From IMG/VR virus record IMGVR_UViG_3300034110_000955, positions 1-5,993 of that record: a stretch of DNA of 5,993 bases; one strand, given 5' to 3'. Position numbers and translations under genes: made by a program. The notes under the pieces were generated by a model. It was not told the origin of the DNA. It saw only the letters and a program-made list of their open reading frames with translations, and ran no database searches. Below, piece by piece: positions 4,798-5,993 of this stretch. Positions within the stretch are counted from its first letter, which is position 1, and every line of letters begins with the position of its first letter. Source of the DNA: a virus.

Positions 4798-5993
4798 TCA
4801 TTCTCCCCGCTTGAAGCCAATCAGAATCATGGCCGCTATGAGCCATGCAACGGCAATCATGACAGGTCGGATACCTAACATGAAATTGCAAATTGTGGTG
4901 AATTCAAAATCCACATTAGCACCGGGCAAATGGCGAGCCGGAGGACAAGCCGCATTCTCAGCGCCCCAGCCGGAATCAGGCGTGATCGTAATGGCAGCAT
5001 CCCTAGTCTGAATCTGATCAGTACTAGGAGTGTCAAAATTTGGCTTCTGACAAGCGAGAATGTCGGGATACATATCGCATAAGCCAGGCGTTTTTTCCTG
5101 CTGAGTCTGTCCTGATGGCTCCTGATTGACTGCCTGCGGATCAGTAATAGGCGATGGATCATTTTTCACAATATCCCGAGGCTGAATATCCACGCGCCAG
5201 GGCTGATCTGGCAACGGAGCCGCCACAACATCAATAACAGGCGTTTTCCACTGCTGCGGATCGGTGTTAGGAACAGGAACAGGCTCCCCCAATGGCTCAC
5301 GAAGCGGGCGAGTTACAGGATTAACCAGAGGATCAGGTACAGGGTTAATAATAGGGATAGGCTCCACAGGAATAGCAGTCCCAGGAGGTAATTCACTCGG
5401 CAAATCATTAGGAAAAGGTAAAGGATAGATTAAATCCTCAGCCTCAGAATTAGTTAAAGGTGTTTTTATTTCCTGATCGGTAGTATTTGATTTTTTTGGT
5501 ATGTAATACCAAACGCCATGATTACTATCCCAGCATGCAAATGTACCATCATTAGCTTGAACTACGGTTGAACCGGAAAAAACATAACCCCAGTTCAACA
5601 TTGCATACTGAACACAAGCCGGCCATGGATCAGAATGGACGAATGTTAAGCCACGATCACCAGAATAAAAAACAGAACCACCAGGAATAACTTCCGATTT
5701 AATCCACTGCTGGTTAGATTCATCCCATTGAACTTTTGCCACTTGAAGCAATGAAGCAACAGTAACGGCAGTCCTAATATAAGGATTTAATACAATAGTT
5801 GATGCAATAAAACGAGGCGCATTAGCTGCAAAACGCATAACGGCAGGAACAACAATAGTCCTACCGCCAATATTCAATGAACCATTGAATCGAACAGCGT
5901 TATTAATCCAAGAAAGCCCAGCCGATCCCGTTTTAACAGTAGCACCCACCACAGCAGCAGGCGGCGTAACCTGAGCATAGCCCGCATGACTGC
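4798..5993 (-). CDS. pIII-like adsorption/minor coat protein, 3' portion; the full gene is 415 aa and starts at the equivalent of position 179 after wrapping the circle
   Basis: An open frame runs to the window end. The N-terminal globular region has two Cys. A long Pro-rich linker follows (about 5086-5424). The Cys-containing C-terminal domain ends in the membrane anchor IRPVMIAVAWLIAAMILIGFKRGE (about 4819-4872). The position between the coat genes and pVI/zot fits. The GTG at 5952 in the track is only the first start-like codon inside the window. Confidence 0.8.
   Translation of the reverse strand, partial: SHAGYAQVTPPAAVVGATVKTGSAGLSWINNAVRFNGSLNIGGRTIVVPAVMRFAANAPRFIASTIVLNPYIRTAVTVASLLQVAKVQWDESNQQWIKSEVIPGGSVFYSGDRGLTFVHSDPWPACVQYAMLNWGYVFSGSTVVQANDGTFACWDSNHGVWYYIPKKSNTTDQEIKTPLTNSEAEDLIYPLPFPNDLPSELPPGTAIPVEPIPIINPVPDPLVNPVTRPLREPLGEPVPVPNTDPQQWKTPVIDVVAAPLPDQPWRVDIQPRDIVKNDPSPITDPQAVNQEPSGQTQQEKTPGLCDMYPDILACQKPNFDTPSTDQIQTRDAAITITPDSGWGAENAACPPARHLPGANVDFEFTTICNFMLGIRPVMIAVAWLIAAMILIGFKRGE
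5867..5993. repeat. Right copy of the 127-nt exact terminal direct repeat (circularisation overlap)
   Basis: Identical to 1-127. Confidence 0.95.

Larger units (their letters stand above)
1..5866 (-). mobile_element. Complete circular filamentous-phage (Inoviridae-like) genome, unit length 5,866 nt; most genes lie on the window minus strand
   Basis: Bases 1-127 equal 5867-5993 exactly. Gene content and order are canonical for inoviruses: rep, ssb, major coat, minor coat, pIII-like, pVI-like, Zot/pI, plus a divergent repressor. Non-coding DNA is limited to roughly 200 nt in two gaps. Confidence 0.85.

Noticed and set aside
4811-5162. ORFs 4811-5011 (+) and 4875-5162 (-) inside the pIII-like gene
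   Set aside because: They are nested in a long, well-structured ORF and have no independent signals.
5495-5513. Perfect 8-bp AT-rich inverted repeat TTTGGTAT-gta-ATACCAAA next to a T/A run inside the pIII-like gene
   Set aside because: The homopolymer run is on the wrong side of the stem to act as a rho-independent terminator on either strand. The stem is short and AT-rich, and it encodes WYYIPKK. It is probably coincidental, though an ssDNA structural role cannot be excluded.
1-5993. Search for tRNA, rRNA, CRISPR repeats, tandem repeats or IS elements
   Set aside because: I found no repeat-spacer periodicity, no cloverleaf-like segments and no transposase-like ORF by eye. The only long repeat is the terminal overlap.

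Overview
This window is a complete, circularly permuted genome of a small filamentous ssDNA phage (Inoviridae-like), not a chromosomal fragment. Bases 1-127 are identical to bases 5867-5993, so the unit circle is 5,866 nt. The window is therefore one genome plus a 127-nt overlap. Nine tightly packed genes run on the minus strand as what looks like a single long operon. In transcription order they are: two unknown ORFs of about 116 aa each, a gene II/RstA-like replication initiator, a small gene V-like ssDNA-binding protein, a 71-aa major coat precursor, and a 106-aa protein whose C-terminus is a paralog of the coat protein. These are followed by a 415-aa pIII-like adsorption protein whose gene crosses the window ends, a 91-aa pVI/DUF2523-like protein, and a Zot/pI-like assembly ATPase. 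The only plus-strand gene is an 83-aa Cro/CI-type HTH repressor. It is divergent from the early operon across a 107-nt palindrome-rich control region. I found no secretin (pIV), integrase or transposase gene, tRNA, CRISPR array or convincing dif-like site. The main points for follow-up are the coat-protein paralog, a hairpin that offers two alternative Rep start codons, the uncharacterised two-ORF cassette upstream of rep, and sharp codon-composition breaks inside rep and zot that outline a GC-rich replication/regulation module. All family assignments come from reading motifs and gene order by eye; no database search was run.
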